Assembly (NCBI GenBank): GCA_963798485.1
Contig: CAWCTR010000006.1
Location: forward strand, 1-52,021
DNA length: 52,021 nt
From: an uncultured delta proteobacterium
GTDB lineage: Bacteria; Desulfobacterota; Desulfomonilia; UBA1062
Direction: 5' to 3'
Below the pieces are notes generated by a model. It saw nothing but the letters and a program-made list of their open reading frames with translations, did not search any database and was not told the DNA's origin. Both the position numbers and the translations under genes were made by a program. Positions 18,854-27,026 of this stretch are shown here, piece by piece (position 1 is the stretch's first letter; every line of letters begins with the position of its first letter).

Positions 18854-19609
18854 TCACAGCAATCCCCACAGCATCTTTATTGCAATGGCATAGAGCACGA
18901 TGCCGATGATCTTCTTCACCTGTGCAGCCTCAAGTTTCCAGTGCATCAGCCAGGACCCGGCAATGGCGCCTGCCACCGAACCGACGGCGGACAACACAAG
19001 AAGGCGCCAGTTGATGTGCCCTATCGCGGCGTGGCCGAAGAACCCGCTCAATGATGAGAATATAACGATAAAGGCAGTGGTGGCCGATGCCTTCTTCGCG
19101 TCGAACCCCAGCCATACGAGCACCGGGACAATGAAGTTCCCGCCTCCAACACCGAGGAGACCGCCCAGGTAACCGGCCCCGATGCCAAGGCCGATACCCG
19201 TCTTCAGCTCCTTGCCGGGAGAGGATCGGGCGTCTTTCTTTTTAGCCGGGGCGTAGAAGAGCATCATGGAGCCTGCGAAGATGAGGAACGCAGAGAAAAT
19301 ACCGATGAGAAACTCCTTTGAGAAGAACCGTGTCGAGTATGCACCAAGCGGTGAAAACACAATGGCAAGGAGAATGATGGGAACAGCCGTCTTGAATACC
19401 ACCAGCTTGTACCGTATGTAGTTGAACGATGCAAAGCTCATGCTGATGGCATTCAGGAGTAACGCCACAGCCATCGCCTCCGTTAAGGGGAAGCCGAGCC
19501 AGTAGAAGGTGGGGATGATGATGAATGCTGCCCCGACACCCGCAATTGTGAGCACTGTGGTGAAGAGAAAAACAAGTACCGATGCGATAATAATCGTGGA
19601 AGTCAGCAT
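18854..19609 (-). CDS. Sulfite exporter TauE/SafE family membrane protein
   Basis: AGVGAAFIIIP and GLLGVGGGNFIVP repeats, KKASATT; ~8 TM helices. Confidence 0.9.
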   Translation of the reverse strand: MLTSTIIIASVLVFLFTTVLTIAGVGAAFIIIPTFYWLGFPLTEAMAVALLLNAISMSFASFNYIRYKLVVFKTAVPIILLAIVFSPLGAYSTRFFSKEFLIGIFSAFLIFAGSMMLFYAPAKKKDARSSPGKELKTGIGLGIGAGYLGGLLGVGGGNFIVPVLVWLGFDAKKASATTAFIVIFSSLSGFFGHAAIGHINWRLLVLSAVGSVAGAIAGSWLMHWKLEAAQVKKIIGIVLYAIAIKMLWGLL

Positions 19610-19638
19610 TCCTCATCCCCTTTTATTTTGTTCTATAA

Positions 19639-20247
19639 TTACCTATTCGATTCGCTGCACGGGATGCAGAGCAGCTTGCCTCCGGGACCTTCCTTCAGCT
19701 TGTCCGTAAAAACGGCCTCACCGCACTTGGAACACCTCTTTGTCTCGAAGTTCGCCTTGCCCTTGGGCAGCTTCCTGGTGAACACCTCACTCAGGTTGAG
19801 AAAATCAGCCTCGGGCAGAGAGAGTACCCGATCCACCTGGGGCTGGGTAATCTCTGCAGGGATATCCTGAGGCAGGACCCCCTCCTTCCTCTTCTGCACA
19901 AATGGTGAGGAAAGGGCCTTTTCAAAGAACTCGGGCTTGAGCGAGACTCTGATGGCCCGGTCTGTAGCTGTATCGATGAGGGTGAAGGCCATCTTGCTGT
20001 ATCCCAGCTTCTTTATGTTCGACTTGCCGTAGGTGGCTCCAGTGGCGACCATGACACCGTCCACGAAGCACCCGGCGGCATGGCCTTCTGCAGTCTCGGC
20101 CTCCACCACCAGTTCCTTGTCCTGTGAGCGTTTCACGCCGAGGACATTCATTGCGGCAAGACCGGCCCTGATCCCCATGGGCATGGCGGGGCATTTGTGT
20201 CCGTGAAATTTCAGTCCGACTTCAAAAAGTTCCTTCAGTTCGTTCAT
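19639..20247 (-). CDS. FmdE-family protein with C-terminal Zn finger
   Basis: [34 protein letters not shown]...CIPC; start MNELKE with AGGAG RBS. Confidence 0.9.
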   Translation of the reverse strand: MNELKELFEVGLKFHGHKCPAMPMGIRAGLAAMNVLGVKRSQDKELVVEAETAEGHAAGCFVDGVMVATGATYGKSNIKKLGYSKMAFTLIDTATDRAIRVSLKPEFFEKALSSPFVQKRKEGVLPQDIPAEITQPQVDRVLSLPEADFLNLSEVFTRKLPKGKANFETKRCSKCGEAVFTDKLKEGPGGKLLCIPCSESNR

Positions 20248-20317
20248 AGTTATCTCCTTTTTTTCTCGGGTACGAATACCCTGGTAACCAAATATGTTTA
20301 TGACTGAACAATATGGT

Positions 20318-20635
20318 TCAATCATCTTTCTTGCTGCAGCATCCCCCTATTTTCATAGTTGGCCCCTGCCCGAGGGGCGTTTGAACCGGTCAGGTCCCTC
20401 CCAAGAGGCCAAGGCCCTGTGGTATGGATGTATGCCCTGAAAAACCGATCTTGACCTTTTCTCCCTCAACAATAACCGGGACCTGCATCTTACCCCCAGA
20501 GAGAAGAAGCATTTCCTTCAGTTTCTCCGGGTCTTCATCCACGTTCACAAAGACTGCCTTCTCACCATAGACCGACCTGGCCTGGAGCGCATAGGGTCAG
20601 GTATCAGTGCCGTATATGATGATCTTATCCGCCAT
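20318..20635 (-). CDS. Glutaredoxin-like selenoprotein (Uxx-star-like) with two in-frame UGA codons (U13, U82); absent from ORF track
   Basis: [29 protein letters not shown]...[25 protein letters not shown]...GGT-U-PV...; Grx VP cis-Pro motif lies after the first UGA; a hairpin starts 11 nt after each UGA. Confidence 0.8.
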
Positions 20636-20722
20636 GATATTTCTCCTTCTATCCGGTGATATAACTGTGTCGTCATCCCTGAATATGTGTAGCTCCGTTC
20701 ACTATACCAAGCAGGCCCAGGT

Positions 20723-21538
20723 TCATTGATCCTCAAAGAAACCATCGCTGCTGGTGAAGCCAAGACCGACACATATTTCAAGAAAAGCATCTTTCAAATG
20801 GGTGTACTCGCCTGCAAATATCGGCTTGCACATAACTGGCTTTGCATTCCCGTTCCAGAGGGTAAGGGCAAAGGCCATGCAGGTTTTCTGGTCGCACTGT
20901 CTGCAGTTCGTTCCGGGGAGCCGTTTGTATATCTCAATGGCAGGAGGCTTTTTCCGCATGACATATAACGGTTCTATGGAAGTCCGGCGTGTATAGATAT
21001 CATTGGACAGGCACCGGATCTTTTCAAGGGTGCGCCATGCGTCAACAATCTCATACGCCTTTGCGATAGTTATCCTGTGCGGATAGATCGTTATCATACG
21101 ATGGTCATCCATGAAGGTAAGCATGGGGCCGTTTTCATTATAACAGGCCCCTCGTAGCTCGGCATTCAGATAGGGAAAGACCCCGGTCATATCACCAGAG
21201 ATGTGGGCAATCAGACGTATCTTTGTCTCATCTGCAACACACGGGGCGAGCACCATGATCGAGGCGGTTCCGAACACATCTTCTTTAAAACACGGTGGAT
21301 TGGTAACCGGTACATCAAGAGTCGCTTGTCTGTACTCGACCCATCCCGAACAAATGAAGTCATCAGGGGTACATGATGACAGCTGTGAACGTACCTCCTG
21401 GTCCATGGCGATTGCAGGCATTCCGACAAGGCTGTATCCCGGGTCAGAATTGATAATCTTGTGCGGGAGGGCTAGTGCATCAAGTCTTGTGCACATCTTA
21501 TCAAATTCACTCTTTTTGGGAAACGCTACAAGATACAT
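20723..21538 (-). CDS. Putative Fe-S cluster-binding protein (COG4871-like, C-terminal FeS domain)
   Basis: IYKRLPGTNCRQCDQKTCMAFA...C motif; central PC...PYLNA segment. Confidence 0.8.
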   Translation of the reverse strand: MYLVAFPKKSEFDKMCTRLDALALPHKIINSDPGYSLVGMPAIAMDQEVRSQLSSCTPDDFICSGWVEYRQATLDVPVTNPPCFKEDVFGTASIMVLAPCVADETKIRLIAHISGDMTGVFPYLNAELRGACYNENGPMLTFMDDHRMITIYPHRITIAKAYEIVDAWRTLEKIRCLSNDIYTRRTSIEPLYVMRKKPPAIEIYKRLPGTNCRQCDQKTCMAFALTLWNGNAKPVMCKPIFAGEYTHLKDAFLEICVGLGFTSSDGFFEDQ

Positions 21539-21580
21539 ACTGTCAGACCCTTTCCTTTCTGATCTCGAACCATTCCCCTG

Positions 21581-21679
21581 TCATGGCTTCCGCACCAAGT
21601 TGAAGACCGCGCCCAAAACGATTGCCGTGGCGACCATTCCACATGCAGAGGGCACACCACTTTTCAGTCGTTGCGTCAT
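21581..21679 (-). CDS. 32-aa hydrophobic peptide or permease remnant
   Basis: MTQRLKSGVPSACGMVATAIVLGAVFNLVRKP; ATGA-coupled to the upstream gene; tail resembles the last helix of the DUF318 permease. Confidence 0.35.
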   Translation of the reverse strand: MTQRLKSGVPSACGMVATAIVLGAVFNLVRKP

Positions 21680-21933
21680 CGTGTAATTTCCTTGAGGATC
21701 AAGGCATGAATCTTTTCCTTATTCGGCAGCCATTTCCCTCGATGCACGACCTTGTCATCAATCTTTAGCACCGGGGTAAAGGGAAAATGCTTCATGACTA
21801 TCCTCAATTGGGTGACGTGCTCTACATCCGCATCGAAACCTCGTTCCGTCACCACCTCTTTGACCCGCTTATAGAGGGTCTTGCAGAAGGGACACCCGGG
21901 GCCAATAACTTCAATGAACATCTTTTCCGCCAT
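21676..21933 (-). CDS. Small redox-active disulfide protein (MTH895/Thioredoxin_3 family)
   Basis: IEVIGPGCPFC...TPVLKIDDKV motif. Confidence 0.88.
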   Translation of the reverse strand: MAEKMFIEVIGPGCPFCKTLYKRVKEVVTERGFDADVEHVTQLRIVMKHFPFTPVLKIDDKVVHRGKWLPNKEKIHALILKEITR

Positions 21934-21989
21934 GGTTCGCTCCCTTTCGTTTCATGCTCGTCTTTCTCCACCGCTGCACAAAGGGGCTC

Positions 21990-22700
21990 CTACAAAGCCC
22001 TCACGAACGGCGAAGTTATGAAATACAACCCGAGCAGGATGATGAGCACCCCCGCTCCCTTGCGAAACACGATGGAAGCACCCTGCCATCTGCTGTTTTC
22101 AAGCAGGGTCTTCACTGCTGCAGTGGAGCTTCCTGCTATTACAATAGGTATACAGTGACCAAGGGCGAAGAGCAGGATGAGCCCGATACCTGCAAGAATC
22201 TTTTCCTGTACGGTGATGATGGCTAAAATCGGTGCGATAAACCCAAAGGTGCAGGTCCCAGACAGGACGCCATAAGCCAGCCCAAGGCCCAGTGCACCAA
22301 AAAGGCCTCGGAAATTTAACCTAGTCAGTATACTGCCCGACATGGAGCATGACTCTACCCCAAGCATGCCGAGTGCAACCCAGATGAGCACTCCGCCCAC
22401 GAGCACCTCCCAGAACACGCCCACATCACCCAACATGCGTCCCAGAAGGGTACAAGCGATGCCCACGAGGGCAATAGACACGAAAAGCCCCAGGGAAAAG
22501 GCCACTGAATAAAACCCTGCCTTCCTCGGGTTGATATGGGTCTGTTGACCACCCACATAGGCCACTATCAATGGAATAGATGCCAGGTGGCAGGGGCTCA
22601 GCATCACGCTCACCATGCCCCAGAGGAAGCTGCCGAAGAGCGCGTACATGGTCGCCCCCACGATCCAGCCGTTGATGGTCAGGTAGAAGGATTCAAGCAT
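21990..22700 (-). CDS. ccdA: CcdA/DsbD-beta type membrane thiol-disulfide transporter
   Basis: SPCHLASIPL and second Cys in SGTCT; ~6 TM helices. Confidence 0.85.
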   Translation of the reverse strand: MLESFYLTINGWIVGATMYALFGSFLWGMVSVMLSPCHLASIPLIVAYVGGQQTHINPRKAGFYSVAFSLGLFVSIALVGIACTLLGRMLGDVGVFWEVLVGGVLIWVALGMLGVESCSMSGSILTRLNFRGLFGALGLGLAYGVLSGTCTFGFIAPILAIITVQEKILAGIGLILLFALGHCIPIVIAGSSTAAVKTLLENSRWQGASIVFRKGAGVLIILLGLYFITSPFVRAL

Positions 22701-22760
22701 GGAGCGGATTCCTCCTGTTCATGACAAATCCCATTGTCTTTAATTTCTCTGTGCGAAAAG

Positions 22761-23147
22761 TCATTTCACCCCCATCTTGGTGAACTGCTCTACAATGGCG
22801 TTCTCGTCCAGGAAACCCAGGTGCCGGAAAACCTCTTTCCCTTCCTTGTCGAAGAAGATCTGGGTCGGGATGGCCCGAAGCTGGAATCGCTGCGCTTGGT
22901 CCCGGTCGTACCGTATGTCAATGACAATGACCTCGGCCTTGCCTGTGAAGCGCTTCTTTACCTTTTCCAGGACAGGCGCCATCATCTTACAGGGGATGCA
23001 TGTGGCAGCACCCAGGTCGATCAGGGTGATCTTTCCTTTTTCAGGGATTTTCGAGAAATCTTCACAATAGGCCGTATTGCCTGTAAGGAAGACAATGAGG
23101 ATTATTGCAGCAATCCCTGGAAAGATTGTCCTATTCACTGTTCTCAT
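22761..23147 (-). CDS. Exported thioredoxin-family protein
   Basis: Signal peptide; DLGAATCIPCKMM and IPTQIFFDKEGKE motifs. Confidence 0.9.
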   Translation of the reverse strand: MRTVNRTIFPGIAAIILIVFLTGNTAYCEDFSKIPEKGKITLIDLGAATCIPCKMMAPVLEKVKKRFTGKAEVIVIDIRYDRDQAQRFQLRAIPTQIFFDKEGKEVFRHLGFLDENAIVEQFTKMGVK

Positions 23148-23285
23148 TCATGATCCTTTCATGTTCATACGATTTTCAATATGATCCATAAAATTTGTTT
23201 GTCTGGAAGAATGCCTGGAGCGTTCGTCAAGCAGCTATCTCCACCGCTGCAGCACACTTCATCAGCAGGTACTACCGAGGCGGGC

Positions 23286-23522
23286 TCATTCCTTGATCAT
23301 GTTCTCGATCTCTGAGGGTGTAAGGACCTTGCCCACCACCTTTACCTTGCCTTCAATGACCAGTGCCGGGGTCATCATGACGCCGTACTTCATGATTTCC
23401 TTGATATCAGTGACCTTTTCGATTTCGTATTCAATGCCAAGCTTCTTGGCGGCCTGATCAGTGTTCTGTGCGAGTTTTATGCACTTGGCACAGCCTGTCC
23501 CGAGTATTTGAATCTTTTTCAT
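23286..23522 (-). CDS. Small redox-active disulfide protein (MTH895/Thioredoxin_3 family)
   Basis: IQILGTGCAKC...YGVMMTPALVIEG motif. Confidence 0.92.
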   Translation of the reverse strand: MKKIQILGTGCAKCIKLAQNTDQAAKKLGIEYEIEKVTDIKEIMKYGVMMTPALVIEGKVKVVGKVLTPSEIENMIKE

Positions 23523-23607
23523 TCAGTACTACTTTGTGTGATGTTTATGAGAAGGGCGCCCTGGAGAACGGGGACCACGGTTATGGAGAAAGTTTTCTTA
23601 GTGTCAC

Positions 23608-24666
23608 TCATGATTGAAAGAATCTCCTCTTGAAGTAGAGCGAGAGATTGACGAGGCTGATAAGCACGGGCACCTCCACGAGAGGGCCGATCACCGCGGC
23701 AAACGCCGCCCCGTGATTGATGCCGAAGGTGGCGATGGCGACTGCGATGGCCAGTTCGAAATTGTTGGAGGCCGCCGTAAAGCTAAGCGTCGTCGTCTGC
23801 CCATAGGTGGCGCCCGCTCGCTTGCTCATGAAAAAGGTAACCAGAAACATGATGATGAAATAGATTAAGAGTGGAATGGCAATACGCAGCACATCGAACG
23901 GTAGCGCGACAATGTACTCGCCCTTCAATGAAAACATGACGACGATTGTGAACAGTAGTGCGATCAGTGTGATCGGGCTGATCTTGGGAATGAATCTTTC
24001 ATGATACCACAACTTACCCTTGACCCTGATAAGCGTGAAGCGGGTAATCACCCCGGCGATGAACGGGATGCCTAGGTAGATGAAGACACTGCGTGCAATC
24101 TCGGCGATTGTGATATTGACCGCCACACCTTTGAGGCCAAACCAAGTCGGGAGCACGGTGATGAAGACATAGGCATAAACCGAGAAGAAGAGCACCTGGA
24201 AGATCGAGTTGAAAGCCACCAATCCGGCACAGTATTCGCAGTCGCCCTGTGCCAGATCGTTCCAGACGATGACCATGGCAATGCAGCGTGCCAGACCGAT
24301 CATGATCAGGCCCACCATGTACTCGGGTTTGTCGTGTAGGAAAATGACCGCCAGGGAAAACATCAGGATCGGTCCCACGATCCAGTTCTGGACCAGAGAG
24401 AGGCTCAGCACCCTGACATTCTTGAAGACCGGTCCCATCTCCTCGTAGCGCACCTTGGCGAGCGGTGGGTACATCATAAGGATGAGGCCTATAGCGATGG
24501 GGATGTTGGTGGTGCCCACGCTGAACCGGTCCCAGAACCGGGCCGTGCCGGGCACGAAGTACCCCAGCAGGACGCCCGAGGCCATGGCCAGAAAGATCCA
24601 CAGGGTAAGGTACCGGTCAAGGAACGTCAGGCGCTTCATGATACCCGGGTTCGATGAACTGCTCAT
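23608..24666 (-). CDS. acr3: ACR3 family arsenite efflux transporter
   Basis: [39 protein letters not shown] and GPLVEVP motifs. Confidence 0.96.
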   Translation of the reverse strand: MSSSSNPGIMKRLTFLDRYLTLWIFLAMASGVLLGYFVPGTARFWDRFSVGTTNIPIAIGLILMMYPPLAKVRYEEMGPVFKNVRVLSLSLVQNWIVGPILMFSLAVIFLHDKPEYMVGLIMIGLARCIAMVIVWNDLAQGDCEYCAGLVAFNSIFQVLFFSVYAYVFITVLPTWFGLKGVAVNITIAEIARSVFIYLGIPFIAGVITRFTLIRVKGKLWYHERFIPKISPITLIALLFTIVVMFSLKGEYIVALPFDVLRIAIPLLIYFIIMFLVTFFMSKRAGATYGQTTTLSFTAASNNFELAIAVAIATFGINHGAAFAAVIGPLVEVPVLISLVNLSLYFKRRFFQS

Positions 24667-24695
24667 GCAAAACCTCCTGAGAAAATGTTAGGGCT

Positions 24696-25475
24696 TCATC
24701 CTTTCAGCTTGTTGAACAGGGCCGTGAGTCTGTTCATGTACATGGTCCTTATTGCACCCTCGTCTTCGGTCAGGGGTTTCACCGGCACAAGATCCATGAC
24801 CTCTTCCGGTGAAAGTCCCGAGTTGAACATGGTCTGCACTGCACCCGCGGCCATCTTTGCGACAGCATCCTTGACAGCCTTGTCCGCCAAGCCGAAGGTC
24901 TTGCCCAGTTCACAGAGTGCCTGCCATTGAAACCAGAGGTAGGTAGGTCCCATGGCCGTGATTATCGCATAGGCCTCCAGGTCCTTTTCCGGGACCTCGG
25001 GGCACTCACCAAAGGTATTGAACAACTCGGCAAGGGCCGCTTTTTCATTCCTTGGTATGGCCCGGGAGAAGGCAACCGGGTTATATCCCCTGTTCATGAT
25101 GGATGGTGCATTCGGGATCATCCTCACGATCCTGGCGTGCCTGTCCAGGATGGCCGAGAGATTGGAAAGGGTAAGCTTGGGGGCCAGCGATACGACCACT
25201 GCCCCGGGTTTGATGTCCGACTTGATCCGTTGAAGGGCATCCATGAGAACCGGCGGGTGGAGCGAGACCATGACCAAGTCGCACGCGGCAGGGCACGAAT
25301 TATCGGCCCCTGCAGAGATGATGCCGGAAAACTCCTTTGTCAGCCGGGCAAGGACATCCGCATCTGTATCACTCACCAAGACCTTCTGTGGAAACTTACC
25401 TGCGCGCTGAAGGCCGCCCAGGATGATGCGGGTGATCCTCCCGCCGCCCATAAACCCGATGGAGTCGTACTTCAT
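24696..25475 (-). CDS. Pyrroline-5-carboxylate reductase-like NAD(P)-binding oxidoreductase
   Basis: IGFMGGGRI Rossmann motif, VRMIPNAP and AMGPTY; start MKYDSIG with GGAGG RBS. Confidence 0.82.
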   Translation of the reverse strand: MKYDSIGFMGGGRITRIILGGLQRAGKFPQKVLVSDTDADVLARLTKEFSGIISAGADNSCPAACDLVMVSLHPPVLMDALQRIKSDIKPGAVVVSLAPKLTLSNLSAILDRHARIVRMIPNAPSIMNRGYNPVAFSRAIPRNEKAALAELFNTFGECPEVPEKDLEAYAIITAMGPTYLWFQWQALCELGKTFGLADKAVKDAVAKMAAGAVQTMFNSGLSPEEVMDLVPVKPLTEDEGAIRTMYMNRLTALFNKLKG

Positions 25476-25640
25476 ACTCCCTCCTGAATAATATTTTCGT
25501 AAAAGAATGCTCTCATACTCTGTTCGCCGCCGGTGTAGGAGCGGCTTGAGCCGCGATCTCTCCATACCTTCGCGCTCTATATTTATCGTGCCTGAAGGCA
25601 CTCCGACAAGGGTGACAAAGGGGCCATATTTCCATTACCG

Positions 25641-25982
25641 TCACTTCCTGATACAGGCTGCGATCTTCATGTGCTCGTCCGCTAGGCTGCACACCGCCTG
25701 TTCCACACAGGAGAGCATGGGGATGAGGCAGGGCATGCGGTTGGAGTAGTATACATTAAGCCCCTCCTTCCTCGTGGCCACGAGCCCGGCCCCCCGGAGT
25801 ACGGCCAAGTGGCGCGATGTGTTGGCCTCCTTCTCGCCGGTCAGGGTTACCAGCTCACCCACGGCCTGCTCGCCTCCCGCCAAGGCCTCGAATATCCGGA
25901 TCCTTACCGGGTGAGCCAAGGCCTTGAGGATGTTGGCCTTGTGCTCTGCCGGGTCCAGGTGTCTGTGATCTGATGCTGTCAT
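25641..25982 (-). CDS. arsR: ArsR/SmtB family transcriptional repressor
   Basis: LKALAHPVRIRI, SRHLAVLRGAGLV and EGLNVYY motifs; C-terminal Cys residues; heads the acr3 cluster. Confidence 0.88.
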   Translation of the reverse strand: MTASDHRHLDPAEHKANILKALAHPVRIRIFEALAGGEQAVGELVTLTGEKEANTSRHLAVLRGAGLVATRKEGLNVYYSNRMPCLIPMLSCVEQAVCSLADEHMKIAACIRK

Positions 25983-25999
25983 GGGTTTCCCTTTTGAGT

Positions 26000-26052
26000 T
26001 ATTATATTTACTAATTTACTATTATGTAATATATTAACATATTAATTGTCAA
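26000..26052 (-). promoter_or_regulatory. AT-rich arsR promoter/operator
   Basis: Minus-strand TTGACA at 26047-26052, AT-rich -10 candidates, imperfect inverted repeat and TAGTAAAT direct repeat. Confidence 0.5.
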
Positions 26053-26132
26053 CTAAAATCTTTTTCATGTCTGCCCTTGATCCCAGTTATGATCCATGGG
26101 ATAAACCAGGAATTGGAATGGAGAGGATATCC

Positions 26133-26696
26133 ATGAACAATACAGCCCTCATCATCGTTGATCTCCAGAACGACTACTTCCCGGGCGGCGCCATGGAACT
26201 GGCAGGCATTGAACAGGCCTCTCACAATGCTGCGAGGATACTTCAGCACTTTCGCAGCTCAGGACGGCCCGTGCATCACATCCGCCATATATCCGTCCGG
26301 GAGGGGGCAACTTTTTTTCTTACCGGCACCCAGGGCTCAGAGATCCATGTATCAGTAAGCCCCCGTGAGGGTGAATCCGTTATCATAAAACACTTTCCCA
26401 ACAGCTTCCTGGGTACTGAACTTGAGAAAACCCTGAAGGGACAATCCGTCAAACACCTTATCATCTGCGGGGCTATGAGCCACATGTGCATCGATGCCAC
26501 CACTAGGGCCGCCTCTGACCTGGGCTTCGGCTGCATGGTGGTCCACGACGCCTGTTCTACAAAAGACCTCGAATTCATGGGAACGTCCATCCCTGCAGCC
26601 CAGGTCCATTCGGCATTCATGGCGGCACTGAATGGTATCTATGCCTGGCTGATCTCCACTGAAAAGATCTTAAATGGGGAATATATCCTGGCGTGA
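26133..26696 (+). CDS. Isochorismatase-family cysteine hydrolase
   Basis: ALIIVDLQNDYF, KHFPNSF and GAMSHMCIDAT (Asp-Lys-Cys triad). Confidence 0.92.
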   Translation: MNNTALIIVDLQNDYFPGGAMELAGIEQASHNAARILQHFRSSGRPVHHIRHISVREGATFFLTGTQGSEIHVSVSPREGESVIIKHFPNSFLGTELEKTLKGQSVKHLIICGAMSHMCIDATTRAASDLGFGCMVVHDACSTKDLEFMGTSIPAAQVHSAFMAALNGIYAWLISTEKILNGEYILA

Positions 26697-26899
26697 TGGA
26701 CACACCTGTTGGACCTCCCGTGACCCGCTCTCAAAACGCGAACGACAAGTGCCTTCAGTGCCGGGCCTGCATGGACTGTGACGAGGTGCAGTGCCTGTTC
26801 CATGCACGGGGAGATCCGGACGATTGCTGTATGGAGAAGTGCAAATACTGCATGGACTTCCTCAAGAGACAGAGGATCTACATGAACAATGTCGGGTAG
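26693..26899 (+). CDS. Small Cys-rich protein (9 Cys)
   Basis: GTGA overlap with the upstream gene; CxxCxxCxxCx4C...CCxxxCxxC. Confidence 0.55.
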   Translation: MMDTPVGPPVTRSQNANDKCLQCRACMDCDEVQCLFHARGDPDDCCMEKCKYCMDFLKRQRIYMNNVG

Positions 26900-26934
26900 A
26901 TTAAGCCGTGAGCCGCCCTATCATTGACACTATG

Positions 26935-26972
26935 CCCCCTCACCCCGACCCTCTCCCGCCAGGGGAGAGGGA
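26935..26972. repeat. REP-like palindrome (CCCTCACCC..CCCTCTCCC..GGGAGAGGG family)
   Basis: cccctcaccccgaccctctcccgccaggggagaggga between convergent genes. Confidence 0.7.
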
Positions 26973-27026
26973 GTTTATGGGCGCCGTATGGATCCGGTGT
27001 ACTCTTTACTGTGATGAACCGTATTT

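Noticed and set aside
20318-20320. Third Sec codon at the final TGA of the Grx-like gene
   Set aside because: No clear hairpin follows, and read-through would run out of frame into the fmdE-like gene.
19639-21538. Methanogenesis/Wood-Ljungdahl or hgcA mercury-methylation function from the FmdE and FeS domains
   Set aside because: No catalytic Fmd/ACS subunits and no HgcA N(V/I)WCA motif; these domains often occur stand-alone in metal-related clusters.
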